The notes under the pieces are model-generated. The model made no database searches. It saw only the letters and a program-made list of their open reading frames with translations, and was not told where the DNA came from. From positions 1-51,429 of the forward strand of contig JBHHYI010000008.1 of NCBI GenBank assembly GCA_046757525.1: a stretch of 51,429 nt of DNA, read 5' to 3'. Source of the DNA: a bacterium. Lineage in GTDB: Bacteria > Zhuqueibacterota > Zhuqueibacteria > Oceanimicrobiales > Oceanimicrobiaceae. This document shows positions 30,096 to 38,918 of this stretch, in pieces (position 1 is the first letter of the stretch; each line of letters opens with the position of its first letter). The position numbers and the translations under genes are program-made.

Positions 30096-31186
30096 GATAC
30101 CTGGACGAGTATCGCGATCCAGAAATTGCGCGAGGAATTCTGGACGAAATACGCACCACCACCACGCGAGATTGGGTCATCATGGAAGTCTGCGGCGGCC
30201 AGACTCATTCCATCATCAAGAACGGTATCGACCAATTGCTGCCAGAACAAATTGAGCTGGTGCACGGCCCGGGCTGCCCTGTGTGTGTGACGCCTTTGGA
30301 GCAAATCGACAAAGCCATACGGATTGCGGCCGAACCAAATGTGATTCTTACCTCCTTTGGCGACATGCTGCGTGTACCAGGTTCAGAAAAAGACCTGTTT
30401 GTGGTGAAGTCCGAAGGGGCCGATGTGCGCATTGTTTACTCCCCACTGGACGCGGTTGGGATTGCCCGTGAGAATCCAACGAAAAAAGTGGTGTTCTTTG
30501 CTGTCGGTTTCGAGACCACTGCTCCTAACAACGCCATGGCGGTCTGGCAAGCACACCGCGAAGGGCTGAAGAATTTCTCGATACTGGTTTCACACGTGCT
30601 GGTTCCGCCAGCCATGAAAGCGTTGCTGTCCTCAACCAGAAACCGCGTACAAGGCTATCTCGCTGCGGGTCACGTGTGTACGGTCATGGGCTGGAACGAA
30701 TACGAGCCTATCGCTGAACAGTACCACGTACCTATCGTGGTGACGGGTTTCGAGCCAGTGGACATTCTGGAAGGCATTCTCATGGTTGTGCGGCAGCTCG
30801 AACGTGGGGATGCCAGCGTTGAAAACCAGTATTCGCGAGTGGTGCGAAGAGAAGGCAATCGGCCGGCGCAGGCCCTGATCAAACGTATCTTTCAAGTGTC
30901 CGACCGCAAGTGGCGCGGCATTGGTGAAATTCCCGCCAGCGGTCTTTCCTTGCGGCAAGAGTTCTCGGAGCACGACGCCGAGAGAGTTTTTCAGCTTGGC
31001 GACTTGGCGGTAGAAGAACCGTCCGAGTGCATCAGTGGCCTGGTCCTGCAAGGCCTGAAAAAGCCTTTCGAATGTGAAGCCTTTGGTAAACAGTGTACGC
31101 CGCAGACGCCACTGGGGGCCACCATGGTCTCCTCAGAGGGGGCCTGTGCGGCCTATTATACTTACAGCCGACACCACCGGGGATGA
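30092..31186 (+). CDS. hypD: Hydrogenase formation protein HypD
   Basis: [31 protein letters not shown]. Confidence 0.97.
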   Translation: MRYLDEYRDPEIARGILDEIRTTTTRDWVIMEVCGGQTHSIIKNGIDQLLPEQIELVHGPGCPVCVTPLEQIDKAIRIAAEPNVILTSFGDMLRVPGSEKDLFVVKSEGADVRIVYSPLDAVGIARENPTKKVVFFAVGFETTAPNNAMAVWQAHREGLKNFSILVSHVLVPPAMKALLSSTRNRVQGYLAAGHVCTVMGWNEYEPIAEQYHVPIVVTGFEPVDILEGILMVVRQLERGDASVENQYSRVVRREGNRPAQALIKRIFQVSDRKWRGIGEIPASGLSLRQEFSEHDAERVFQLGDLAVEEPSECISGLVLQGLKKPFECEAFGKQCTPQTPLGATMVSSEGACAAYYTYSRHHRG

Positions 31187-31204
31187 TCGGATCAGTTAAA
31201 TCCG
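31187..31204 (+). repeat. Second copy of the REP-like 18-mer
   Basis: TCGGATCAGTTAAATCCG identical to 18917-18934; similar flanks (CGCGTT, TTGCACTT). Confidence 0.65.
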
Positions 31205-31334
31205 CGTTGTATTTTGTTCTTGCACTTCTGTCAGTGGGGTGCCTGACCGGTGCAAGAAATGAAACGTAATATTACGAAAACGTACTGCGTGTCTCTGAAA
31301 TTATTCTGGTTAGATGAAAAAAGGAGAGGAAACA

Positions 31335-31532
31335 ATGAAACATGAACTCGCCACCTTAGTTCTCTGGTTCATTGCAATTGTTGCGACCATGCTTCTCGTG
31401 CGTGAAAAGACCCTGTTCACATATCTCGGGCCTCTTTATGCCATCTGCACCATTGGATCTCTGCTCATTGTGAGGCAGGCACGCGCAAGAGATGGAGAAT
31501 CAAAAAACCGACACGAGAAAGTTACAAACTAA
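31335..31532 (+). CDS. Small 2-TM membrane protein
   Basis: SD AGGAGAGG, two hydrophobic segments, stop overlaps hypE ATG (TAATG). Confidence 0.6.
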   Translation: MKHELATLVLWFIAIVATMLLVREKTLFTYLGPLYAICTIGSLLIVRQARARDGESKNRHEKVTN

Positions 31533-32608
31533 TGAAGGATTCTATGAAAGAGGCCTTGACTCCGGAAGAATTCGCTCATTGTCCGCTACCCATTGCCCGG
31601 CACGACACGATCCAGCTCAGCCACGGTAGTGGCGGCAAGATGATGAACGACCTCATCAGCAAGCTGTTTCTCTGGGCGTTTGATAACGAGAAGCTCCGCC
31701 GGCTGGACGATCAGGCGGTGCTGGACATCAACGGCCAGCGTGTGGCTTTCAGCACCGATTCCTTTGTGGTGGACCCCATTTTTTTCCCTGGTGGCGACAT
31801 CGGCGAACTCGCGGTCAACGGCACCATCAACGACGTCTGCATGAGTGGCGCGCGGCCGCTTTTCTTGAGTGCGGCTTTCATCATCGAAGAGGGGTTCCCG
31901 CTGGCTGACTTGAAGCGCATCGTAGAGTCGATGCAACGCGCGGCGCAGCGGGCCGGCGTGCTGGTGGTAACTGGCGACACCAAGGTGGTGAACAAAGGCA
32001 AAGGGGACAAAGTGTTTATTAACACCGCTGGCCTGGGCGTGCTGGAGCACGAACGGGAGATCAGCGCTGGCAATCTGCAACCGGGAGATAATCTCCTGAT
32101 CAACGGTTCCATTGCAGCTCACGGCATGGCCATTCTTTCGCGCCGCGAGGGGTTGGCGTTTCAGTCCCCTATTAAAAGCGACACCGCTGCTCTCAATGGC
32201 CTGGTTGCGGCCACCCTGAAAGCCGGTGGTGGTGGAGTGCACGCGATGCGCGATCCAACCCGCGGCGGTTTGGCAGCGACTCTCAATGAATTTGCCCTGG
32301 CTGCCCAGGTGGGCATCCGCGTCAGAGAGGATCGGATACCGGTCACAGCACCGGTGAGGGGCGCATGCGAAATCCTCGGCTTGGACCCCTTGTATGTGGC
32401 AAACGAAGGCAAGTTGGTGGTGGCTGTTGCTCAAGAGAAGGCTGAAGCCGTGCTAAGGGCCATGCAGGCGCACCCGCTCGGCCACGATGCGGCTATGATT
32501 GGCGATGTGGTTGCCGACCGGCCAGGCCTGGTGTCGCTGCAAACGCGCATTGGTGCCTGGCGTATTGTGGATATGCTGGTAGGAGAGCAGTTGCCGCGAA
32601 TCTGCTGA
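31532..32608 (+). CDS. hypE: Carbamoyl dehydratase HypE
   Basis: HGSGG, TDSFVVDP, GDTKVV, RDPTRGG, ANEG, C-terminal PRIC. Confidence 0.97.
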   Translation: MKDSMKEALTPEEFAHCPLPIARHDTIQLSHGSGGKMMNDLISKLFLWAFDNEKLRRLDDQAVLDINGQRVAFSTDSFVVDPIFFPGGDIGELAVNGTINDVCMSGARPLFLSAAFIIEEGFPLADLKRIVESMQRAAQRAGVLVVTGDTKVVNKGKGDKVFINTAGLGVLEHEREISAGNLQPGDNLLINGSIAAHGMAILSRREGLAFQSPIKSDTAALNGLVAATLKAGGGGVHAMRDPTRGGLAATLNEFALAAQVGIRVREDRIPVTAPVRGACEILGLDPLYVANEGKLVVAVAQEKAEAVLRAMQAHPLGHDAAMIGDVVADRPGLVSLQTRIGAWRIVDMLVGEQLPRIC

Positions 32609-32824
32609 GCATCGCAGGAGGGGTGGCCAAGACAAGTGAAGCGTGCGGTCATCGCATTCACCGGTGCAATGGTAGTGGCCTTGGGCGTTTAGTTACGGCT
32701 GGACCGCAGACCATCGTTTCTCATACCTACCTCTAATCTTCAGTTCTCGCTTGCATCTGAGTTCAGAATTTCTTATACAATAGGATGTTGTTTACATTTG
32801 AATGTTGCGGTTAACGCTGGATTC

Positions 32825-35209
32825 ATGAAGTTCAACATCGATAAAAGGCTCAGGCTCCAAATCCGGGGCAAGTTGGTCATTGCATTTGCGGGTTTTTCCA
32901 TTCTGCCGGTTTTGATTGTGGGGATTCTGGGAATTTCATGGAACGTGCAGACATTGCGTCGAGTGGCCATAGAGGATTTAAACCACGACTTGATTGCGAT
33001 CAAGGAGAGAATTGGGTCATTTTTGCAAAACACCGAAGAAAACATCGAATTACTCACGGCCACCTCTTCCTTTCAACGGTTTGTCAGCGCTGCAAAAGCC
33101 GGAGACGACGCCAGAGTGGCCAAAGCCCAGGCAGCCTTGTTGCCGGAGCTCTTGAGCTTCGCCCGACGCAAGGGAATCTTCTACCAAATTAAGTACATCG
33201 GTGCCGATGGCAACGAGCTTTTTGTGATCGAGCACGATGGGCAGGAGTATCACCCCTTGAATCCGAACCAGTTGAACGTTTCAGGGACGAGTTTTTACCT
33301 GTACCTTGCAAACAAAATGCCGCCCAACGCATTCACTTTTATTCCGGTTGAACTGATTGGCAGGGGTTCCAAAGCACTTCTTCCCGGTATTAGCTGCCTT
33401 TACCCGGTCTACTCGGGGAAGTTTTCCGGTCTTCTGGTGTTTCAGATCTACGCCCAGGCGTTTTTTAGAATCATGGAGCAAAAGACCCCACACACGCCCA
33501 CTGGCATTGTCATGCTGGTAAACTCCGAAGGCTATTACCTGTACCATTCAGAAAAAAAGAAGGCCTGGAATCGGCTTTTGGCGTCCAAAGACGTTTCGAA
33601 TCTCGAGGCAGATTATGGGGAAGAGGTCGCGGTGCGGTTGCTGGGGTCGTCATCCCCGTCCATACAAGAAGTCGGCGATGAACTGGTCGCACATGCTCCT
33701 CTATTTCCCGATTACCGGGGACTGGAAAACGATTACACCATCCTGAAGAGTGTCTCGAAAAAGGAAATATTCGCTCCTGCAAACACATTTAAGAAGCTTT
33801 TCTACGGGTTGTTGGGAATTTTTTTGTTGATTTCGCTGCTGTTCGCTTACCTCGGCACTCAGCAATTCACCGGACCTATCCAGAAGCTTCGACGAGAAGC
33901 AGAGGTCATTGCCCGCGGGGACTATCATTCCCGGGTCGACGTGGAAACCTACGATGAAATCGGGGAACTGGCTCGGCAATTCAACGTTATGGCTGAGTCG
34001 TTGGAGCAGCGGGAAACAGAGATTGCCCAGCACCAGCAGCATTTGGAACAGGTAGTCCGGCAACGCACCCGTGAATTGGAAAAGGAGAAGAACAAACTAC
34101 AAGTCATCCTGGACAACGTGCCCAGCGGTTTCATGCTGGTGGACAAAGACCTCAGGGTCATTTCAGCCAGCGCGGCCATCGAATCCATCATCGGCAAACC
34201 ACTGCGGGACATCCTCGGTCATTTTTGCTTTGAAGCCACCCGCTGCCACGAGAACGAAGACGACTGTCCCAGCCGATGCGTCTTTCAATCAGGCAGGCCA
34301 GAGTCTTATTTACTGCAGCGCCTTGGCCCGGAGGGCGAAGAGCAATATTTGGAACAGATAGCCATACCGTTGAAAAAGGATGGCAAGGTGGAGACCATCT
34401 TAGAAATTCTGACCGATGTTACCAAGCGTAAGAGGCTTCAGCAGCAATTAATTCGTTCAGAAAGGCTGGCTGCAACGGGTGAAATTGCAGCGGTGATCGC
34501 TCACGAGATGCGCAACTCCTTGACTTCTGTGCGCATGATCCTGCAGTTGTTGCGGGAGGCAGACCGGCTAATGCCTTCGGACACTGACTCTTTAAACGTG
34601 GCCCTGGACTCCATTGGTCGCATGGAAAACGTGGTCAAGGACCTTCTGCAACTGGCACGTCCGTCACCGCTGGAGAAACGCCCGGGTAACATCATTACCA
34701 TCCTCAAGGAAAGCATTGAATTCACGCGGCACCAAATTCTGCGCCAGGGCATTGAGTTGGAGGTGGATCTAACGCCGGATTTGCCAGAAGTTGAGTTGGA
34801 CCACCATCATTTGAAAGAAGCTGTGGTTAACTTGATTCTGAACGCTTCGCAAGCCATCGAAACCACTGGCAAGATTCACATTCGTTCCCGATTGACCACA
34901 TTATCCCAAAACCTACGTGATCTGGGTGAAGTCCGGATCGCTGAAGACGAAAAAGTAGGCGTGGGCGTTCAGGAAGTAGTGCTGAGGAAGGGCCAGCGCA
35001 CCATTAAAGTCGATATCATGGATTCAGGAATCGGGATGTCCGATGAAGAGATGCAACGAATCTTCAATCCTTTTTACACCACTAAACCTAAAGGAACTGG
35101 CCTGGGACTCTCTTTTGTGAAGAGAGTGGTAAATGCTCACGGTGGGCTGGTGAAGGTTGCGAGTCAGGTGGGCAAAGGCAGTCAGTTTTCGATCTTTATT
35201 CCAGCGTGA
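32825..35209 (+). CDS. Sensor histidine kinase (periplasmic Cache-like, HAMP, PAS, HisKA, HATPase)
   Basis: Two TM flanking a periplasmic domain, DEIGELA..FN.MA, Cys-containing PAS, AHEMRNSL, GTGLGL. Confidence 0.92.
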   Translation: MKFNIDKRLRLQIRGKLVIAFAGFSILPVLIVGILGISWNVQTLRRVAIEDLNHDLIAIKERIGSFLQNTEENIELLTATSSFQRFVSAAKAGDDARVAKAQAALLPELLSFARRKGIFYQIKYIGADGNELFVIEHDGQEYHPLNPNQLNVSGTSFYLYLANKMPPNAFTFIPVELIGRGSKALLPGISCLYPVYSGKFSGLLVFQIYAQAFFRIMEQKTPHTPTGIVMLVNSEGYYLYHSEKKKAWNRLLASKDVSNLEADYGEEVAVRLLGSSSPSIQEVGDELVAHAPLFPDYRGLENDYTILKSVSKKEIFAPANTFKKLFYGLLGIFLLISLLFAYLGTQQFTGPIQKLRREAEVIARGDYHSRVDVETYDEIGELARQFNVMAESLEQRETEIAQHQQHLEQVVRQRTRELEKEKNKLQVILDNVPSGFMLVDKDLRVISASAAIESIIGKPLRDILGHFCFEATRCHENEDDCPSRCVFQSGRPESYLLQRLGPEGEEQYLEQIAIPLKKDGKVETILEILTDVTKRKRLQQQLIRSERLAATGEIAAVIAHEMRNSLTSVRMILQLLREADRLMPSDTDSLNVALDSIGRMENVVKDLLQLARPSPLEKRPGNIITILKESIEFTRHQILRQGIELEVDLTPDLPEVELDHHHLKEAVVNLILNASQAIETTGKIHIRSRLTTLSQNLRDLGEVRIAEDEKVGVGVQEVVLRKGQRTIKVDIMDSGIGMSDEEMQRIFNPFYTTKPKGTGLGLSFVKRVVNAHGGLVKVASQVGKGSQFSIFIPA

Positions 35210-36612
35210 AGAAAATGAGCAAGACAAAAATCTTGATCGCTGACGATGATAAGAATATTCGCTTCGCCTTCCGCAAGACCTTCGAGCAAGACGGTTTTGT
35301 GGTCCTGTTAGCAGGCGACGGTAACGAGGCCCTGGACAAAGTGGCCACTGAGAAACCGACGCTGGTTTTCTTAGACATCACCATGCCCGTGAAATCGGGA
35401 CTCGAGGTTTTGCAGGAAATGAGGGAGAAGGGATTGAACATCCCGGTGGTGGTCATCACCGGATATGGTACCATGCAAACGGCGGTCAAGGCTGTGCAAC
35501 TGGGGGCCTACGAATATCTCACCAAACCGCTGGACGTGGACAAGGTACGCGTGGTGGCCCGCCGAGTTTTGGAGATGGTCAGGCTCCGAAAAGAAGTTGA
35601 AGACCTGAAGGCACAGCTTCATCGTCCCGTGCGGGAATTTGAGCTCATTGGTAACGACCCACAAATGCAAGAAGTTTACAAGAAGATTGGGTCCGTCACC
35701 ACTACGCCTAACGCCACCAATGTCCTGATCGTTGGGGAGAGTGGCACAGGCAAAGAATTGGTTGCCAGGGCCATTCACAACAGCGGCACCTTTTCCCGTG
35801 AACCCTTTGTGGCCATCAATTGTACGGTTTTGCCGGAAACCTTGTTGGAAAGTGAACTGTTTGGCCATGAGAAGGGGGCTTTCACCGGCGCCGACAAACG
35901 CAAGTTGGGTAAATTCGAAGTCGCCAAGCAGGGAACGATCTATCTGGATGAAATCGGCGATATGTCGCCAAAACTGCAACAAAAATTGCTACGAGTCTTG
36001 CAGGAACGCGTTTTCGAACGGCTCGGGGGCAATGAACCCATTGAAGTGAAAGCCCGATTTATCGCTTCTACCAACAGAGATTTAGAGAGGGAGATCCGAT
36101 TGGGCTGTTTCAGGGAAGACCTGTTTTTCAGATTGAACGTCATCAACATCGAACTGCCGCCGTTGCGGGTTCGTCGCGCGGATATTCCTGTTTTGGCCAA
36201 TCATTTTCTGGTTAAGTACAACCGGCGACTGCACAAAGATCTAAAAGGGATCTCCCAGGAAGCGATGGCCTTGCTGAATCGCTATCCTTTCCCGGGTAAT
36301 GTGAGGGAGCTGGAGAATGCCATCGAGCACAGCGTTGCCCTTGAAAAAGGCGAAGTGCTTCTGCCTGAGTCGTTGCCGCCGCAGCTCAGGACTCAACCAA
36401 ATGACCAGGTCCTGGACATTCCCGTTACCAGCCCCATTTTGCACGAAGCCAGAAAAGCCGTGGTTGAGGCATTCGAAAAGAAGTTTCTGGTAGAACGATT
36501 GCGTTGCCACAGAGGCAATGTCACCGCCGCAGCAAAAGAAGCACAAATACAGCGCCAGAGCTTCCAGCGGTTGATGAAGAAGTACGACATCGATTCCAGC
36601 GAGTTCCGCTAA
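35206..36612 (+). CDS. sigma54-dependent response regulator (NtrC family) no. 3
   Basis: REC, GESGTGKE, GAFTGA, GNVREL, HTH; GTGA overlap with the kinase. Confidence 0.95.
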   Translation: MKKMSKTKILIADDDKNIRFAFRKTFEQDGFVVLLAGDGNEALDKVATEKPTLVFLDITMPVKSGLEVLQEMREKGLNIPVVVITGYGTMQTAVKAVQLGAYEYLTKPLDVDKVRVVARRVLEMVRLRKEVEDLKAQLHRPVREFELIGNDPQMQEVYKKIGSVTTTPNATNVLIVGESGTGKELVARAIHNSGTFSREPFVAINCTVLPETLLESELFGHEKGAFTGADKRKLGKFEVAKQGTIYLDEIGDMSPKLQQKLLRVLQERVFERLGGNEPIEVKARFIASTNRDLEREIRLGCFREDLFFRLNVINIELPPLRVRRADIPVLANHFLVKYNRRLHKDLKGISQEAMALLNRYPFPGNVRELENAIEHSVALEKGEVLLPESLPPQLRTQPNDQVLDIPVTSPILHEARKAVVEAFEKKFLVERLRCHRGNVTAAAKEAQIQRQSFQRLMKKYDIDSSEFR

Positions 36613-36656
36613 AATGATGACCGTTATACCTGTTGTTCCGTCAACGCGCAAACTCG

Positions 36657-36697
36657 TGCCACCTAACGGGTGGCACCCTGTCACCGATGCGGTGACA
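36657..36697. promoter_or_regulatory. Tandem palindromic upstream activator sites
   Basis: TGCCACC-N5-GGTGGCA (36657-36675) and TGTCACC-N5-GGTGACA (36679-36697), 22 bp apart, ~100 bp upstream of a -24/-12 site. Confidence 0.75.
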
Positions 36698-36792
36698 TTT
36701 CAGGACTGTTCGAGCCATACAGTTTGGCGGTGAATGATTCTAATCCTATTAAAAACAAAGGTTAGTACCACAGATGCGATTTCGATTTTTCA

Positions 36793-36808
36793 TGGCACGT
36801 TGTTTGTC
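36793..36808 (+). promoter_or_regulatory. sigma54 promoter of the cyc2-like operon
   Basis: TGGCAC-GTTGT-TTGTC; AT-rich IHF-like tract at ~36741-36765 between it and the palindromes. Confidence 0.65.
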
Positions 36809-36873
36809 TCCTGGCACAGCACAGAGACAAGAAATCCTTTTAATTTACAACAAACAAATGAGGAGAAATTGCC

Positions 36874-38127
36874 ATGAAGAAGTCCATTCTATGGAGCACT
36901 GGTCTGGCGTTTGTTTTCGTGATCACAATTATTTCAGTTAAGGAGGCTCGGGCCATTCCGGTGTTTGCGCGCAAGTATAAAACCAGTTGCGCCACCTGCC
37001 ATTACGCCTACCCGAAGCTCAACGGGTTTGGCAAGGCCTTCAAAAACAATGGCTACCGTTACCCGGGCGGCGATGAAAACTACCGCAAGGAAGAACCGGT
37101 AAGCATGGGATCTGAAAGCTACAAGAAGGTATGGCCCGATGCCATTTGGCCTTCCGACATCCCAGGTTTCTTGCCAATCGCCATTCAGCCGGTGGGGCGG
37201 ATTAACTACAAACCCGATGGTGCGGTTAAATCGGAGTTTGAATTTCCCCATGAAGTGGAGGTGCTTTACGGCGGCACGTTAGGGGAACACGCTTCCTTCA
37301 TTGGGGAAATTGAAATCGAAAATGAAGACAACGAGCCAGAATTTGCTTTTCCTTTCACCTTTCAATGGGATTTCAATCCCAAGTGGCACATTCAGGCAGG
37401 CACGGTGAAACCAGACCCGACGCCAGAACATCATCGCCTCACACGAAATCACTACAATGTCGCCAGTTTCCGCAGCCGCAGCCGATGGCGTTTTCGGGAT
37501 CAACATACCGGACTTGAACTCTGGGGTACCAACAACGGTCCCAATGGACGCGGCGGCTACCGCTTTCAAGTCGGGATTGACAACGGACAGGGCATCAGCG
37601 ATGCTAACAGCAGCAAAGACGTTTACGCCATCTTTAAATACAAGATTGGCGGCCTGGGCCAAATTGGCGGCACCGAAGGCGGAGCAAGTCAAAGCTCGGC
37701 ATTTTATGAGGACAACAATTTTACGCTTGGTGGTTATGTTTACCACGGCACTGCCTCAGATGCTGCCGGCGTCAAAGAAAATTTTACTGTGGGTGGCGGT
37801 ACCGTGGATTGGTGGTACAATCGTTTTATATTGAATAGTACCTTCATGTACATGCACTCGGAACTGCCGAATACACCCAACCGGAATTCAGTGGTGTGGT
37901 ACGCTCAAAGCAACTACGTCATCTATCCGTGGCTTATCGGGCTGGTTAGATTTGAATATACGGACAAAGACGTTGACGACACCCTGGACGCAGAGTCGTT
38001 TCTGATTCCGGCCGTCACTGTGGTCCTCCGCGCCAATGTTCGCTTAACCTTCGAGTATTTTCGTCCTTTAGATGATGTCAACAAAAACAACGACTTGTTT
38101 GACATACAAGTTCAATTTGGAATCTAA
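36874..38127 (+). CDS. cyc2: Cyc2-like fused monoheme cytochrome c / outer-membrane porin
   Basis: Signal peptide ending ARA, then IPVFARKY..SCATCH..YPKLNGFGKAFK.NGY (Cyc2 N-terminal signature), followed by a ~350 aa beta-strand-rich region ending QVQFGI. Confidence 0.75.
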   Translation: MKKSILWSTGLAFVFVITIISVKEARAIPVFARKYKTSCATCHYAYPKLNGFGKAFKNNGYRYPGGDENYRKEEPVSMGSESYKKVWPDAIWPSDIPGFLPIAIQPVGRINYKPDGAVKSEFEFPHEVEVLYGGTLGEHASFIGEIEIENEDNEPEFAFPFTFQWDFNPKWHIQAGTVKPDPTPEHHRLTRNHYNVASFRSRSRWRFRDQHTGLELWGTNNGPNGRGGYRFQVGIDNGQGISDANSSKDVYAIFKYKIGGLGQIGGTEGGASQSSAFYEDNNFTLGGYVYHGTASDAAGVKENFTVGGGTVDWWYNRFILNSTFMYMHSELPNTPNRNSVVWYAQSNYVIYPWLIGLVRFEYTDKDVDDTLDAESFLIPAVTVVLRANVRLTFEYFRPLDDVNKNNDLFDIQVQFGI

Positions 38128-38160
38128 ACCCATGAAAGTCTGTGCAAAAGGAGTTAACTC

Positions 38161-38769
38161 ATGAAAGCACTAAAATCTAAATCAACCTGGTACATCGTCT
38201 TAGCCTCGGTCCTCATTTGGTGCGGCAACAGCGCTGTAGCCGGCACCATCAAAGGCAAGATCAAGGTGAGAGGGGCTCGTGATGCCAGAGACGTGGTGGT
38301 CTATATCGACAAAGCGCCAGGCGAGTTCAAGCCACCGAAAGAACATCCAGTCATGGACCAGAAAAACCTGACATTTATTCCGCACGTGCTGCCTGTTTTG
38401 GCGGGTACCACTGTGGACTACAAGAATGATGACGACGTCCTGCACAATGTGTTTACGCCGGATAAATGCGCTGAAAAGTTTAATCTGGGTACCTGGCCGA
38501 AAGGAGAAGTCCGTTCCTATACTTACAAAAAACCGGGCTGTGTGGCAGTTATGCTGTGCAACGTGCATCCGGAAATGGAAGCCTGGGTCGTGGTGCTACA
38601 AAATCCTTACTTCTTCAAAACCGACAAAGACGGGGTCTTTACCATAGAAAACGTACCCACCGGAAAATACACCTTGAAAGTGTGGCACCAGAAACTCAAG
38701 GGCAAACCTCAGGAAATCGAAGTCCCGAAAGAAGGGGAGATTACGGTCGACTTCTCCATGAAAAGATAA
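38161..38769 (+). CDS. Periplasmic cupredoxin-domain protein with C-terminal beta-sandwich
   Basis: Signal peptide; HNVF and CNVHPEM (type 1 Cu His/Cys/His/Met); DG.FTIENVP.GKYTLKVWH. Confidence 0.8.
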   Translation: MKALKSKSTWYIVLASVLIWCGNSAVAGTIKGKIKVRGARDARDVVVYIDKAPGEFKPPKEHPVMDQKNLTFIPHVLPVLAGTTVDYKNDDDVLHNVFTPDKCAEKFNLGTWPKGEVRSYTYKKPGCVAVMLCNVHPEMEAWVVVLQNPYFFKTDKDGVFTIENVPTGKYTLKVWHQKLKGKPQEIEVPKEGEITVDFSMKR

Positions 38770-38776
38770 AGCCCAA

Positions 38777-38881
38777 AAGCTGACCTTCCGCTGCAGAATT
38801 CTGCTTTGGCGTATGTGATTAGGGAAATAGCTGGTGTGGATCAAGGGAAAGATGATTTAGCCCTTTCAGGAAGGTCAGCTT
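38777..38881. repeat. 13-bp perfect inverted repeat enclosing a structured 79-nt intergenic segment
   Basis: AAGCTGACCTTCC ... GGAAGGTCAGCTT; inner GCAGAATTCTGC and AAGGG..CCCTT. Confidence 0.7.
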
Positions 38882-38918
38882 CTCATTTTCCCATTAATTA
38901 AAAAGAAGGAGACATGAA

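Noticed and set aside
30092..31186. HypD lacking the second C-terminal disulfide pair (CIS, GATMV)
   Set aside because: A common HypD variant; the four cluster Cys remain.
32636..32692. Signal-peptide-like mini ORF MKRAVIAFTGAMVVALGV after hypE
   Set aside because: Could be another remnant, but 18 codons and poor SD spacing are too little to support it.
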